A stretch of DNA of 63,963 nucleotides, the filler included, from Octopus bimaculoides (lineage: Eukaryota): NCBI RefSeq assembly GCF_001194135.2. It is 6 parts of 5 records of this genome, joined end to end, with 100 filler letters (N's around TTAATTAATTAA, not from the genome) between each part and the next. Parts side by side here need not be neighbours in the genome. Positions count along the whole stretch, not along the records: positions 24,333 to 36,229 come from NC_068982.1; positions 36,330 to 57,581 come from NC_068987.1; 4 more parts are not named here. One strand, 5' to 3'. This document shows positions 35,839-49,286 of this stretch, piece by piece. Numbering within the stretch: position 1 is the first letter of the stretch; each line of letters starts with the position of its first letter. Under the pieces are notes generated by a model. It was given only the letters and a program-made list of their open reading frames with translations, made no database searches and had not been told where the DNA came from. Both the position numbers and the translations under genes were made by a program.

Positions 35839-36349
35839 GTTTATCATTTTTCTCAGTCTACGGAGAAATGGCTGAAAATTTGCCCTGTTTATAAATATAC
35901 CATATATATATATATATATATATAGCTACAAATTTATATATATATGTATATATACATAACCTGTTTATACACATGTAATTTAAGGACAACTATCAATGTT
36001 GTTTGCTGTCTGCTATGAATTAATGAAACTTGATCCTGAAGAGATGCAAGACCCCATATTCTTATCTCAGACATAAGTTAGTCGGGATATTGCATTGAAA
36101 TGTGCATAGGTTATTAAACAAGTTTTTTACTATGGATTGCGTTATAGCTCTTATTTAAATTGATATACACACAAAATTATCTTATAAACAACTTTTCATG
36201 TGAGAATTTTGCTACGTTGATAATAGGTANNNNNNNNNNNNNNNNNNNNNNNNNNNNNNNNNNNNNNNNNNNNTTAATTAATTAANNNNNNNNNNNNNNN
36301 NNNNNNNNNNNNNNNNNNNNNNNNNNNNNTATATATATATATATATATG

Positions 36350-36515
36350 TATGAAAGGCTTCCACGCAGTTTCTGTTTACCAAATTCACTCAGAAGGTAC
36401 TGATTGGCCCAGGGGTATAGTAAAAACAGAAGACACTTACCCAAGATGCCATGCAGAGGGAATGAACCCAAAACTACACGAGTCCAAAGCAAGCTTCTTG
36501 ATCACACAGCCATAT
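36350..36515 (-). mobile_element. SINE family A 5' half (other copies at ~37215-37340 +, 38290-38870 -, 39425-39570 +, 44500-44660 +, 49310-49500 +, 57384-57560 +, 63140-63325 -)
   Basis: Same head and core as 56626-57032. Confidence 0.8.
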
Positions 36516-36862
36516 TTAATTAGTTTGGCCAAAAATTAAGTTATTCTCTATTCTGCTAAGATTATAATTCTCAGTTGGATTGACTACAATTTCTTGTTAG
36601 AATCCCAGTTGTATATTTAGTTGTGAAACGAAGTAGTTAACATAATATGTACCGGGTAATTACCATAATTAGCAGATTTAAATTATAGGTCTAAACAGAT
36701 TTTCTCCATACTGCCAAGACCAAAATCATGTAAGAATATAATGTGTTATTAATATGTTGTTACTTATGAGAAATTGTATAAAGGAAATTAAAACATTTCC
36801 ACTGTCTGCCACATTACTGTAAATCCAATACAGTCTCTAATCAATAATTATGTCTTTTTCAG

Positions 36863-36931
36863 GTACAGTTTTTACTTCTGATTAAATCATTCCCACTCAC
36901 CTGCCTGCATATGTCACCAAACAGAACAGAC
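36863..36931 (+). CDS. Candidate 69-nt exon (VQFLLLIKSFPLTCLHMSPNRTD)
   Basis: Acceptor tatgtctttttcag| and donor agac|gtaaga. Only the phase-0 frame is open. Confidence 0.3.
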
Positions 36932-37807
36932 GTAAGACATTTTAATGGATTTTGAATGTCATTTCAAACCGAGGAGCTGAATTATATTTCAAGAAAAATA
37001 AAGAAACGCAAATCCTAAATGTCCTTTCAAATATGAAACCTAACCATATATTTTAGAAAAAAATATTTCTGTATTTTAATTAATTCATAATCACATATGA
37101 TTTAAGTTGACAAAGGAAGAAATGCTTCTATACTTTAATTAGCAAATGTGTTGGAATGAACTTGAAATTATACATTATCTACAACAGTGAGATATATGAC
37201 AACTATAAGATCTTGTGGCTATGTGGTAAGTAGCTTGCTTCCCAACCACATGGTTCCGGGTTCAGTCCCACTGCGTGGCACCTTGGCCAAGTGTCTTCTA
37301 CCATAGCCTCAGGCCAACCAAAGCCTTGTGAGTAGATCATTGTATATGAAATAGGCTATTAGTGAAAATGATTAAAATCAATAGTCTCTTACCATTTCTT
37401 GTCATTTTAACCCTTATTGCACTAATTAAATATTTCTGTACTTACATGCAGATATTGAATTAATTTGTTAAAATAAAATAAAATGTGCATACTATGTCAT
37501 ACGAAATGTAGAGAATTCTAGAAAGTATACCTGCAATGAAAAAACAAGTCAACTCATGTCTTGTGTCACGAGTGCATATGCACAGAACTGAGTGCAGTTG
37601 GTTTCTGCTACAGTAAGTGTTAATACTGTTAATGTCAAGATCAGTGGTTAGATCAATAGACCCATTAAGCAAAAAGATTCTAGTTTCAATCTCTAATCCA
37701 ACTCAGCAATATCACAAAGACAGTTAGTGAGAATACTGACAAAAATGTTGTGTTAACAGCACATACAAGATGAGAGAATGAATTTTTAAAAAAAAAATCT
37801 GGATAAA

Positions 37808-38075
37808 CTCATCATCATCAGCAGCAGCATGGGTTGGACGATTTGACTGAGGACTGGTGAAACCGGATGGCAACACCAGGCTCCAATCTAATTTGGCAGA
37901 GTTTCTACAGCTGGATGCCCTTCCTAACACCAACCACTCAGAGAGTGTAGTGGGTGCTTTTACGTGTCACCCGCATGAAAACGGCCACGCTCGAAATGGT
38001 GTCTTTTATGTGCCACCCGCACAAGCCAGTCCAGGGGCACTGGCAACGATCTCGCTCGAAAATCCTACGGGAGCG
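37808..38075 (-). mobile_element. SINE or LINE-tail family D ending in (GAT)n (others at ~44665-44700, 45640-45740, 50440-50815 +, 53800-53935, 54550-54715, 57098-57335)
   Basis: Shared catcatc..catgggttggacgatttgactgaggactgg..gagtttctacagctggatgcccttcctaac. Confidence 0.8.
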
Positions 38076-39360
38076 TTTAAATAAAATGTGTGTGTGTTTG
38101 TGTGAAATTTTATCTCAATATATATAAATTAATTTTAAATGGATTTTAATTTGAGGAATAACAAAGAAAAGTAAAGATCAAAATATTAAAAATCAATGAA
38201 TAAAACCAAATGAAAAAATCTTCCTTCAACATTTTAACTCATATCTGCTTTGAAATAATTGGAAAAATAAATATATAATTATATTTTATCATTTACTTGT
38301 TTCAGTTGGTAGACTGTGACCATGCTGGGGCACTGCCTTGAAGAACTTTAGTCAAACAAATTGACCTCAGTACCTTTTTTTTTCCTCGGCCTGGAACTTA
38401 ATTTAGCAGACTCTTTTTGTCGAACTACTAAGTTATGATGGCATAAACCAATACTGGTCATCAACCAGTGGGGGAGGACAAATTCAAACACAAAGACACG
38501 CATACACACACACACTATATATATATATACACGCACGCACGCACGCACGCACACACAAAGAAACCATGCCAAAACAGACATGGAGGCCAGGTGGCTCTTT
38601 AGCTGGCCAGTTCCTGTCAAACCATCCAACTCATGCCAGCATGAGAAGCGGACGTTACCCGATGAAGATAATGTATAGACCATCTTCATACACACACACA
38701 CACACACACACAGCAGGCTTCTTTCAGCTTCAGTCTACCAAATGCACAGACAAGATTTTAGCCAGCCCAAGGCTATAGTAGAAGACACTTGTCCCAGATG
38801 TCTCAGTGGGACTGAACCCAGAACCATGTGGTTGGGAAGCAAACTTCTTACCACACAGCCACACTTGATATAAAATGTATTTTGTATTTATTTCAAAGGA
38901 AAGTAAAAAAAAAATGTATTCTAATGTATGCGTAAGTGTTTACATATGGTAAAATGTAGTCTTTAGTTTGTTTCAACCATCTTGTTTCAACCATCATATC
39001 TCAAACCATGCTGGAGCAGCACCTAGTTAGAGGAGCCGTATGGATTAAAATAAACAGCAGCTATGAGCACTAAGGCATCCCCTTCGATGTCTAAATAATG
39101 TTTTAATTTAAACATGTTGATAAGATTATTTTTCTGACAGGACCATTAATCTTATCTTTAGAAATGTAACATCTTTTAATATTCACATCTGCTCTATGTT
39201 TTGTTCCCTGGTCATCATCAGATGTCTTACTCCTGGTTGTAAAGAAAATATATCAGACTGACTGTATTCAAACTAGCAACCTTTGCTTCTAATGAACTGG
39301 AAGTGAGTAAAAGGTTCCCAGTGCAAATCCTGTCTGCTATTATGCGCATATCCAGGAATA

Positions 39361-39406
39361 AGACACCTGATGACAATTAGAGATTAAACTAATTGAAATA
39401 TAGTCT
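39361..39406 (+). ncRNA. Degenerate minimal hammerhead motif
   Basis: AGACAC-CUGAUGA-C-AAUUAG(AGAUUAAA)CUAAUU-GAA-AUAU-A-GUCU. Stem I is disrupted. Confidence 0.4.
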
Positions 39407-41152
39407 AACTATAAATATTAGATGTAGGTATGACTGTGTGGTAAGAAGTTTCCTTCTTAACCATATGGTCTTGAATTCAGTCCCACTGCACAGCACCTTA
39501 GGAAAGTGTCTTCTACTATAGCCCTGAGTAGATTTGTGAATAGATTTGGTAGACAGAAACTGAAAGAAACGTGTTATGTCTATGTGTATCTATGCTCCTC
39601 ATCTCTCAAATATAGAACAGCATTGATTAGTTGGCTTCTCTGAGCTGTGTAACTGACTTTGATGTGAAGACACATTGCTCAGTGGTTAGGGTATTCAACT
39701 CATGGTCATAAGGTCTTGAGTTCAATCCTGGTGGCACATTGTGTCCTCGAGCAAGACACTTTATATCTCATTGCACCAGTCCACTCAGCTGGCAAAACTG
39801 AGTTGTACCTGTAATTCAAAGGGCCAACTTTGTCACATTCTGAGTCTCGCTGAATCTCTCTGAGAACTACATTAAGGGTATGCCTGCTTTGGAGTGCTCA
39901 GCTACTTGCACATCAATTTCACGAGCAAGCTGTTCCAGTGATCAGATCAACTGGAACACTCATCTTCATAGCCGACAGTGCCAGTAAAATGACACTGATA
40001 TGCTGCCTATAATGCTTATTCACTTTGCTTTTTGCATGTATACAATGTAGACAATGGCAATGTTATTTAGTGTAAGATGGACCAAACTATTCAAACCAGA
40101 AATTTGCTCAATGTAATTTGACAAATGTCTCAGTTTTGTTATTAGCTATAAAACTTTTCAAACTGCTAAAAATCTGGCTAAAATAAATTTGAAAAATAAC
40201 ATCTGCCACTAAGCTGGCAGGCTAATAAAAACAAGATTAAAGAATATCTAAGTTTAAAGTTTGACCTTTATCACAAAGGTCATGTATCATTATTTATGGA
40301 TGGCTGAACTTGTTCCTCCTCTAGGAATCAAAACTGATGCTTCTTGCAACACTGTAATCAGTTCTGTGCAATCTTGATAAGTTAGAGATTGTGGGGAGGT
40401 GCCTGTAACAGTACATAAGCATGTATGCAAGTGTGATTTTCTAAGTGCATACATGTGTATGAAAATACATGTGTATGAAAATACATGTGTATATGCCTAA
40501 GAGTTCGTGTATGTGTACTTGCATGTGTATTTGCATGTGTGTAATAGGGATGCAAAGAGATATATTTATGTATGAAGAAGAAAATATACAAGAGAGTATA
40601 AATATATATATAAAGAGTTTGTGGGAGGGTGGGCACATTCCCAAAACATGTGCATGCATGCTCATGCCCACATGCACATGCATGCACACATTCACAAGTA
40701 CATGGATGAATGCCAATCAAGACATGTATGAGTGTGCCAATCAAGTCTGTAAGAAACGCTTCTGTTGAAAACAAACAAGAACAAAAATATTAAGTATCGA
40801 AATTGTAAATTGAGAAACTGAATTTAACAAAAAAGAATTATTTAAAAAATGTCTGAATGAAAATTAACTGGAAATTCTTTTTAAGACTGAGTTTGTACTC
40901 ATGGGGTATTATCCACACCCCAAAGGGCGACCATGATTCAAAATGCAGGGTAGCTGAGTGAAGTCTAGAATTATGTAATAATAATTGGTGACCACATACG
41001 GAAACAACTGTGCCTTTTCCAATATGAGACACCATGGCACTTAAGCATCAAACTCATAATTTTGAAGTCAAACCTCAGAGACCTCTTCCAAAAATTTTTC
41101 TTTTGTAATGTATAATGAAAAAGTTCAGAGTTTTTTAAAAATCCATGCTTAA

Positions 41153-41375
41153 CTTTTTAGCATTCAGATTACTGCATCAAATGTAATGCTTATTAATTCA
41201 CATCATTTTAAATTAACCACGCATTATCTTGTAGCTTTGACATTTCTATGACGTGGTTGATTATTCTTTTAGAATGACATTGTGGGTTTTGATATGGGAG
41301 GCTGAATCTGGACAGTTTGATCATAAAGCAGGTGGAATATTTGGGTTAGATATGGCTGGTTTCAGTGCTAAAGAA
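41153..41375. mobile_element. TTAA-flanked MITE (piggyBac-like)
   Basis: TTAA at 41149-41152 and 41376-41379. Imperfect TIRs ctttttagcatt / agtgctaaagaa. Confidence 0.5.
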
Positions 41376-42170
41376 TTAAATTTGTGTTTTCACCAGAAAA
41401 CATACATTAAAATTGGATATAAACTTATTTAAGTATACATCAGTCATAATCAAATTGAATTTCTAGAAAGAAAAAAAATGCCAGTGTGATTTCCATCATA
41501 CTGACTTATCTTATTAACTTACTGTAACCTGGCCTAACCTTGTTTATTATTCAGTAAAAAATATGACTGATTTATAGGCATGTATATTTGAATTTATGTC
41601 ACATATAGATGGTTATCATTCAGTATATCAAGTGATAGTATGAGTGACAGTCTCTTAGGGAGAATACTGCAGAGCAAGTCAGATGGTAACTGTCAGTAGA
41701 AAAACTGGCTCCATCCAATACTACAGACAACTGCTGGAGTTCTGTAGTTCTGTACTGTAGTAGCTATACTTCAGTGTTACACAGAATTTGAACTTGATGG
41801 CCCAAGTCAACAAAGCTTGTATTATTAACTTCAAAGCAATTTCTGCTTGTGACCTTTATGGACACATATGACATGTGCCCATAAATGCCAACTTATAAGT
41901 TACAACTCTAACTCGTTTTTTTTCAATAACAGACTTAAGTTTGTGTAAATTGGCATTTACTAAGTCATTTAATAAAAATTGGTGACCCTGGTGTACACTA
42001 AATAAACTAGTTTGCAGTTATTATTCCCTAAATAGGAGTCTGATTAATTTGACAGAAACAAAGAGATGGCAAGTGCCCTACAACAGAATCAGTAAAACAG
42101 TTACAAGGCATGCAACTTTCATCAGAGGTATTGTACTTCTTATGTCCCACATAAGTGCTTATAACATCTC

Positions 42171-42207
<37 letters not shown>

Positions 42208-42210
<3 letters not shown>

Positions 42211-43390
42211 GCAAGGGAAACTAATACAAATAGCCACAAAACACGAGCAAAACAAAAAACTGTTTTCAGTATTTAAGGAAGCTGACAAATACAAACAAGA
42301 AATCAATCTACCTAACAAATACAAAGAAGAAGAAGAAGAAACAACAAAAGCTATAAAACAAATGAAATCCAAACTAAAACTAGAACAGCAACGGACCATG
42401 ATAAAACGATGGCAAGAAAAGCCCCTACATGGTAAATACTGGGCTAAACTAAATGCGAAAGANNNNNNNNNNNNNNNNNNNNNNNNNNNNNNNNNNNNNN
42501 NNNNNNNNNNNNNNNNNNNNNNNNNNNNNNNNNNNNNNNNNNNNNNNNNNNNNNNNNNNNNNNNNNNNNNNNNNNNNNNNNNNNNNNNNNNNNNNNNNNN
42601 NNNNNNNNNNNNNNNNNNNNNNNNNNNNNNNNNNNNNNNNNNNNNNNNNNNNNNNNNNNNNNNNNNNNNNNNNNNNNNNNNNNNNNNNNNNNNNNNNNNN
42701 NNNNNNNNNNNNNNNNNNNNNNNNNNNNNNNNNNNNNNNNNNNNNNNNNNNNNNNNNNNNNNNNNNNNNNNNNNNNNNNNNNNNNNNNNNNNNNNNNNNN
42801 NNNNNNNNNNNNNNNNNNNNNNNNNNNNNNNNNNNNNNNNNNNNNNNNNNNNNNNNNNNNNNNNNNNNNNNNNNNNNNNNNNNNNNNNNNNNNNNNNNNN
42901 NNNNNNNNNNNNNNNNNNNNNNNNNNNNNNNNNNNNNNNNNNNNNNNNNNNNNNNNNNNNNNNNNNNNNNNNNNNNNNNNNNNNNNNNNNNNNNNNNNNN
43001 NNNNNNNNNNNNNNNNNNNNNNNNNNNNNNNNNNNNNNNNNNNNNNNNNNNNNNNNNNNNNNNNNNNNNNNNNNNNNNNNNNNNNNNNNNNNNNNNNNNN
43101 NNNNNNNNNNNNNNNNNNNNNNNNNNNNNNNNNNNNNNNNNNNNNNNNNNNNNNNNNNNNNNNNNNNNNNNNNNNNNNNNNNNNNNNNNNNNNNNNNNNN
43201 NNNNNNNNNNNNNNNNNNNNNNNNNNNNNNNNNNNNNNNNNNNNNNNNNNNNNNNNNNNNNNNNNNNNNNNNNNCATAAGAGCACCACAGCAAACCACAG
43301 CACATACCCAAGGCGCACAGAGCTGCGCTCGGTAGTGAAGTGAAAGCGCGTTATAAAAATAAAACTACTGAATAATAATAATAATAATCA
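42208..43390 (+). mobile_element. 5'-truncated Dong/R4 LINE within (AAT)n; mostly in a gap
   Basis: KQMKSKLKLEQQRTMIKRWQEKPLHGKY. The 3' UTR cataagagcaccacagcaaacc..aaaactactgaataat is near-identical to 15912-16015. Confidence 0.85.
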
Positions 43391-43530
43391 TCTTGATATG
43401 AGATCACCATGTCACGCACATATGGTTGTGATGCATGTGCCTGGTGTACCCTTATCAGACGGGTAGTCATGATGGGTATACTGGGCTTCGTATATTTTAC
43501 CCCAGTGTCACTTGGATGGCATGCACTGCT
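43390..43530 (+). mobile_element. Probable 3' end of another (AAT)n-targeting retroelement
   Basis: Complex sequence bounded by (AAT)n on both sides, ending ctctctcacac-aataataat. Confidence 0.4.
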
Positions 43531-43539
43531 CTCTCACAC

Positions 43540-43588
<49 letters not shown>

Positions 43589-43649
43589 TTTTGGTTAATA
43601 TAGAAAGGATTGAGGTAACAATAGCACTCTTCTTTTAATTTTGATAATG

Positions 43650-43701
<52 letters not shown>

Positions 43702-44458
43702 TTATCACCATTGCTTTTATCATCCTCTTTTCCATGTTTGCATGGGTTGGATAAGAAAAAAATTGTGTAGATTTTTCTATGGTTCCTGGTGCACTACCTG
43801 TAACTAACTCTCATATGCTTTCAAGTAAAGTGATATTACAATTAGATCTTCGAAAAAGAACAACTCAATGACCAGATGAGTATGATGTTGATGCTTGCTA
43901 ACAAACATACCTAATCAATTGATGAAGAATAATAAAGAAGTGAAATTGAACCAGTGTATGTGTTCATTATTGGTTTAATGACCCTTCCAAGATAGAACAA
44001 AATGATGTAATATAATCCGTTACTTAGCAAAAAGTTTTGTTAAACATGAAAATGGAGAGAATGAGAACAAGATACAAGTAAGAAAAGGTTATATCTAAAC
44101 ACAAGGCATTTTGTTCAGTACACCAATGATTCTAGCAAACTACCACCCTGGGGAATAGAATACAAGCAAAAGAACCTAATGACTCTGGTCCTTGAAATAT
44201 ATAAGAAATAGCAATTATTATTCAAAACATTTCCAAGAGCTAAAAAGGGTTGTTATGAATGGAAATTGAAACTAGATACAAAGGAACATAATAGTAAAAA
44301 ATTACTGGCTATTTATGAGAAAATCCAAAACAAGTGCCACTTGAAACTTTCCACAAGAAAGAAACTTTTGTAAGCAAATTATTTGAAGAGAAGACAGATT
44401 AGAAACTTTTTCCCTGTTATGATCACACTGATATTAAAAAAAATGGTTTAATGTATTT

Positions 44459-44502
<44 letters not shown>

Positions 44503-45076
44503 CAGGAGTGGCTGTGTGGTAAGTAGCTTGCTTACCAGCCACATGGTTCCGAGTTCGTTCCCACTGCGTGGCACCTTGGGCAAGTGTCTTCTACTATAGC
44601 CTCAGGCCAACCAAAGCCTTGTGAGTGGAATTGGGAGACGGAAACTGAAAGAAGCCTGTCGTCAGCTGTAGAAACTCTGCCAAATTAGATTGGAGCCTGN
44701 NNNNNNNNNNNNNNNNNNNNNNNNNNNNNNNNNNNNNNNNNNNNNNNNNNNNNNNNNNNNNNNNNNNNNNNNNNNNNNNNNNNNNNNNNNNNNNNNNNNN
44801 NNNNNNNNNNNNNNNNNNNNNNNNNNNNNNNNNNNNNNNNNNNNNNNNNNNNNNNNNNNNNNNNNNNNNNNNNNNNNNNNNNNNNNNNNNNNNNNNNNNN
44901 NNNNNNNNNNNNNNNNNNNNNNNNNNNNNNNNNNNNNNNNNNNNNNNNNNNNNNNNNNNNNNNNNNNNNNNNNNNNNNNNNNNNNNNNNNNNNNNNNNNN
45001 NNNNNNNNNNNNNNNNNNNNNNNNNNNNNNNNNNNNNNNNNNNNNNNNNNNNNNNNNNNNNNNNNNNNNNNNNNTG

Positions 45077-45121
<45 letters not shown>

Positions 45122-47118
45122 ATATATATAAATATATATATGCATTTGTATGCATATAAAAAGATGCACATTTAAAGCTCAATGATTCCCATCAAACTTG
45201 CATGACACTGCTTGTATGATGATATTTGCAATCAGCATGGAATGTCAAGACAAGGCAACATGAATACACACACACACACACACACACATCTATAACAAGC
45301 TTCTTTCAGTTTCCACACACATTACACGTATACATGGTGCGGCAGAAGGAACACCCTTTTTGCATTTAATAACTTTTATAGTACATAAATGTTTATCAAG
45401 TAATTTTTTATTGAACACAAATTTAATGCATTACTTAAAGAAACGAATAATAAACTAATGAAAAAAAAAATTGCAGAAGTTTTAGGAAATAAAAAAGAAA
45501 CTCCATTAGAAACTAGAAAACTCAAATACAAAAGGGTGCTACTTCTTCCGCACCCATTGCATTTTGATACATTAAACAGGCACAAATTCCTTTAAGTCAT
45601 GCATTTTGATACATATTTATTGCTCTCCCATCTCACTCATCATCATCATCATCGTTTAACGTCTGCTTTCCATGCTAGCATGGGTTGGACGATTTGACTA
45701 AGGACTGGTGAACCAGATGGCTACACCAGGCTCCAATCTGCTACTCATACCAATTTTCAATCCATTACATTTCCCCTACTAACAACCAATGTGTTGCTAA
45801 CATTGCCTTTCTCATATTCTTTTATACTCTAGGGCACAAAGCCTGAAATTTTGGGGGAAGGGGTCAGTCGATTAGATCGATCCCTAGTATGCAACTGGTA
45901 CTTAATCTATTGACCCTGAAAGGATGAAAGGCAAAGTTGATCTCTAACTCCTTTCCTATCACCCTTAACATTACCCATTTCTTTTGCTCTCTCTCTCTCT
46001 CTGTCTCTGGCACACACAGACAGACACAATAACACATCTCAAGTGCAATCCCAATCAGCAGCAGATGCTGTCTTTTTCTGCTCAAACTCCGATGTCTAAC
46101 TATCACTCTTTTTCCTTCCTCTACCACCTCTTCTACCACCCCATCATTTTGTTTCCTCTCCATGACACTCATACATTCTCTTCTCTTTCACACTCTTGCT
46201 CATCCCTCCTCGGACCCATATCTGAAAAAAACAGAGGTCATGTATATATAGAAAAGACTCCTTAGCGTTCACAGTATAAAGTAATCCCTTCAATGCTGAG
46301 AACATAAAAAATATGTACCAGGACACATAAAACAGCTGGAACTAGAATAGAGGCAATGAAGTGCAGAGAGAATACTTTTGTTCTACCAAAGATATGACAC
46401 CCTATCTAGAGCTGGAGCTAAGGTAAAATGCATGGTGTACACTCTGTGAAATAGTTGATGCTGGAGGAATGGCATTAAGCTATAAAACAATTCCACAATA
46501 ATATATTCATCTAACCTATGCAAGCATGGAAAAACAGATGTAAAATATATGACTTAAAGGAGTCTGTGTCTGTTTCATGTATTTCATGGAATCAGATAAT
46601 CAGCTGAAGGCCAATTCTTCATCAGAATCCAAGAAAAAAAAAATACTATTCTTATGGAACAAAAAATAATAAATAAAAAGGAGGAAAACTAAAGAATTAA
46701 AATGATAGATGTTTCGGGGGAAATGCTGAGTGATAAGATACAATGTTTAAAAAGAAATAGGTTCCTGATTTTTAGGGTTACAATGCTCTGAATTTAAAAT
46801 CTCTTAGAAACCCCTTAGCTCTTTCTTGGTTAATTATTATTACTAAGGTAGCAAACTAGCAAAATTGGTACCACACTGGACAAAATTCTTAGTGGCATTT
46901 CTTCTGACTCTTGATGTTCTGAGTTCAAATGGTGCTGAAGTAAACTTGGTCTTTCATCCTTTTGGGGTTGGTAAAATAAGTAATAATTGAGCAATCGGGA
47001 TCCGTGTAATTAACTCACCCATCCCTGCAAAATTGCAGGCCTTGTGCCAAAACTAGAAAGAATTATTATTACTAAATACATTGGTGAGTGAGTTAATCTC
47101 AGAAAGAGAGAGAGGGGG

Positions 47119-47152
<34 letters not shown>

Positions 47153-48596
47153 AATATAAGTTAACATCTATAAGTGTAGACTGGAAATGAAAAAAAAAAA
47201 ATAAAAAGAACTATATCATAAGAAAAGAAAAGCTATTGTAAAGAAGATGTAATGTAAAGAGAACTACTTCCGTGAAATAAGTTTTCAAAACAATGGTGAA
47301 ACTAGAGAAAGAGAGACAGACAGATTGACAGTTATAATATAATCAATGATAGGATACATAGACATTTTCATGCATGTGTGCTGTGTGTGTTTATAAATGC
47401 ATACCAATACACACACACACACACAGTACTGTAAAATGAAAGGGAATGAAGTTTAGCTGAATGGTTTCAGTATCTAAGTGTATTTTTTTCCCCACTACAC
47501 TATGTATTTAGGAAAGGAATGAACAATACATCTTCCATTTCTTTTTCTGCTAAATTCAACATGTTCGATTATTCATTAATGGAGACATTAAATCATTTAA
47601 ACTATTTACTGAGCAAGTTTGTGGGATATTTCCAGGCGTATGGTGGTTGTAGCAGGGTTTTCAAAAGGTATTTATTCTACATGAAAAAATTAATCACTTT
47701 ATTTCTGTCTATAGAAAAAAAGAAATTATCAAGACACTATACCATATAAAAACCCCCTTATTTCAACTGATTCTAAGAACCAGACCAATCTAAATTAGTT
47801 GTAGTTCAGTGATTAGTCTAGCTGTAGTTTTTCACTTGGCTATTTAATCCCAATTATTACATACATCAGAAAAGGAAATTTTTTTCTTTTTCAGAAAACT
47901 TCTGTTTGTATTCTTGCCAACTTTTTACAAAACAATAAGTTTTAAAGAAAAGAAATAAAACAATAAAATTAAGTAGAAGATACATATTTGACTAAAGTCA
48001 TATGAAATACTTTTGAGATGAAATACTTTTGAGATGAAATACTTTTGAGATGAAAATACACACACACACACACACATGTATATAGTATGTATGTTCTCAA
48101 AGAGAGATAGATGAAACAAAATATATTTTGTTGGACTAATGACTAGAGATTAAACGTTTAATAACTCTCAGATTCATTTCTGGGTTCTTTATTCTAAGTT
48201 GCCAGACACAGCTTATCTTTTTTAAAACTTGTGACTCTCCACTGCCTGGGACACACTCACACACAATACATACATTTTTATATATAAATGTACTCTCACA
48301 CATGTATTGAGTTAAAAAGAGATATATACGAAAGATAATTATAAATATGTACAAACAAAAGCAAAAGTTTGAGGAGATCAATTTTATAAGATATAGATAT
48401 GAATATGTAATTTCCAATCAAAAACAAGTGAGAACTCTGCATAATTGAGTGAACTTGGTGGTGTATGTGTGGGTGAGAGTTACATGCACACATATATTTG
48501 AGTTTGTGCGTGCATTCATGTGTTATCTTATAAAAGAAGAGTTATAAAAATTATATGGAAATAAATATACTTTTGAAAGATTTCTCCGCCCCTTAC

Positions 48597-48778
48597 CTGT
48601 AGAGCTTGCAATCTTTTAGAACTACGTCGTGGTAATGTTTGATTGTAGTAATATAGGTAGCTATAACGACTGCGATCCATCCTTGATGAAGAAAACGGAA
48701 GATTCAGAGTAGCCGTCCAGGTCCTCAGAACTCCAGCCTTTGCAGGAACAGGGGGAGTTGGCATGGCTGAAATGGCCT
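48597..48778 (-). CDS. Candidate coding exon of an unidentified host gene (AISAMPTPPVPAKAGVLRTWTATLNLPFSSSRMDRSRYSYLYYYNQTLPRRSSKRLQALQ)
   Basis: GC-richer non-repetitive island with a single open frame and a strong donor ctacag|gtaagg. The 5' boundary is uncertain: weak acceptor at 48779 or ATG start at 48764. Confidence 0.5.
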
Positions 48779-49057
48779 CTGCTATATAGCTTCACTATAA
48801 ATCTCTGTTTAACAGATGTGTTTTTCTTTCTTTCTCGTTCCCTCTCTCTGTCTCTGTCTCTCTCTCTCACTCCCCCTTCCTATCCCACATTTTAATTCCA
48901 ATAAACACTACCACAGCATAAGCTACTGTCAGATACGCTAACTGATGCCTTCAGAGGAAACCTTAGCAGCTAATTGAAAACGAGTGGCAGTGACTTCCCT
49001 GCTTGTTCATTCAGGCACACTAGCTGATGTGTCTGCACTTATAACAATCACAAATCA

Positions 49058-49101
<44 letters not shown>

Positions 49102-49239
49102 ATACATATATATACAGATATATAAACACGCACATACATATACACACACACATATAGATATGTACATACACACATTATATATATATATATATATCAAGAG
49201 GATGCATTATAATATTACTCCACAGCCATACCAACAATC

Positions 49240-49286
<47 letters not shown>

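Noticed and set aside
46565-46630. CUGAUGA followed by a 7-bp stem on the - strand
   Set aside because: An insertion separates the stem from GAAA, and stems I and III cannot be formed.
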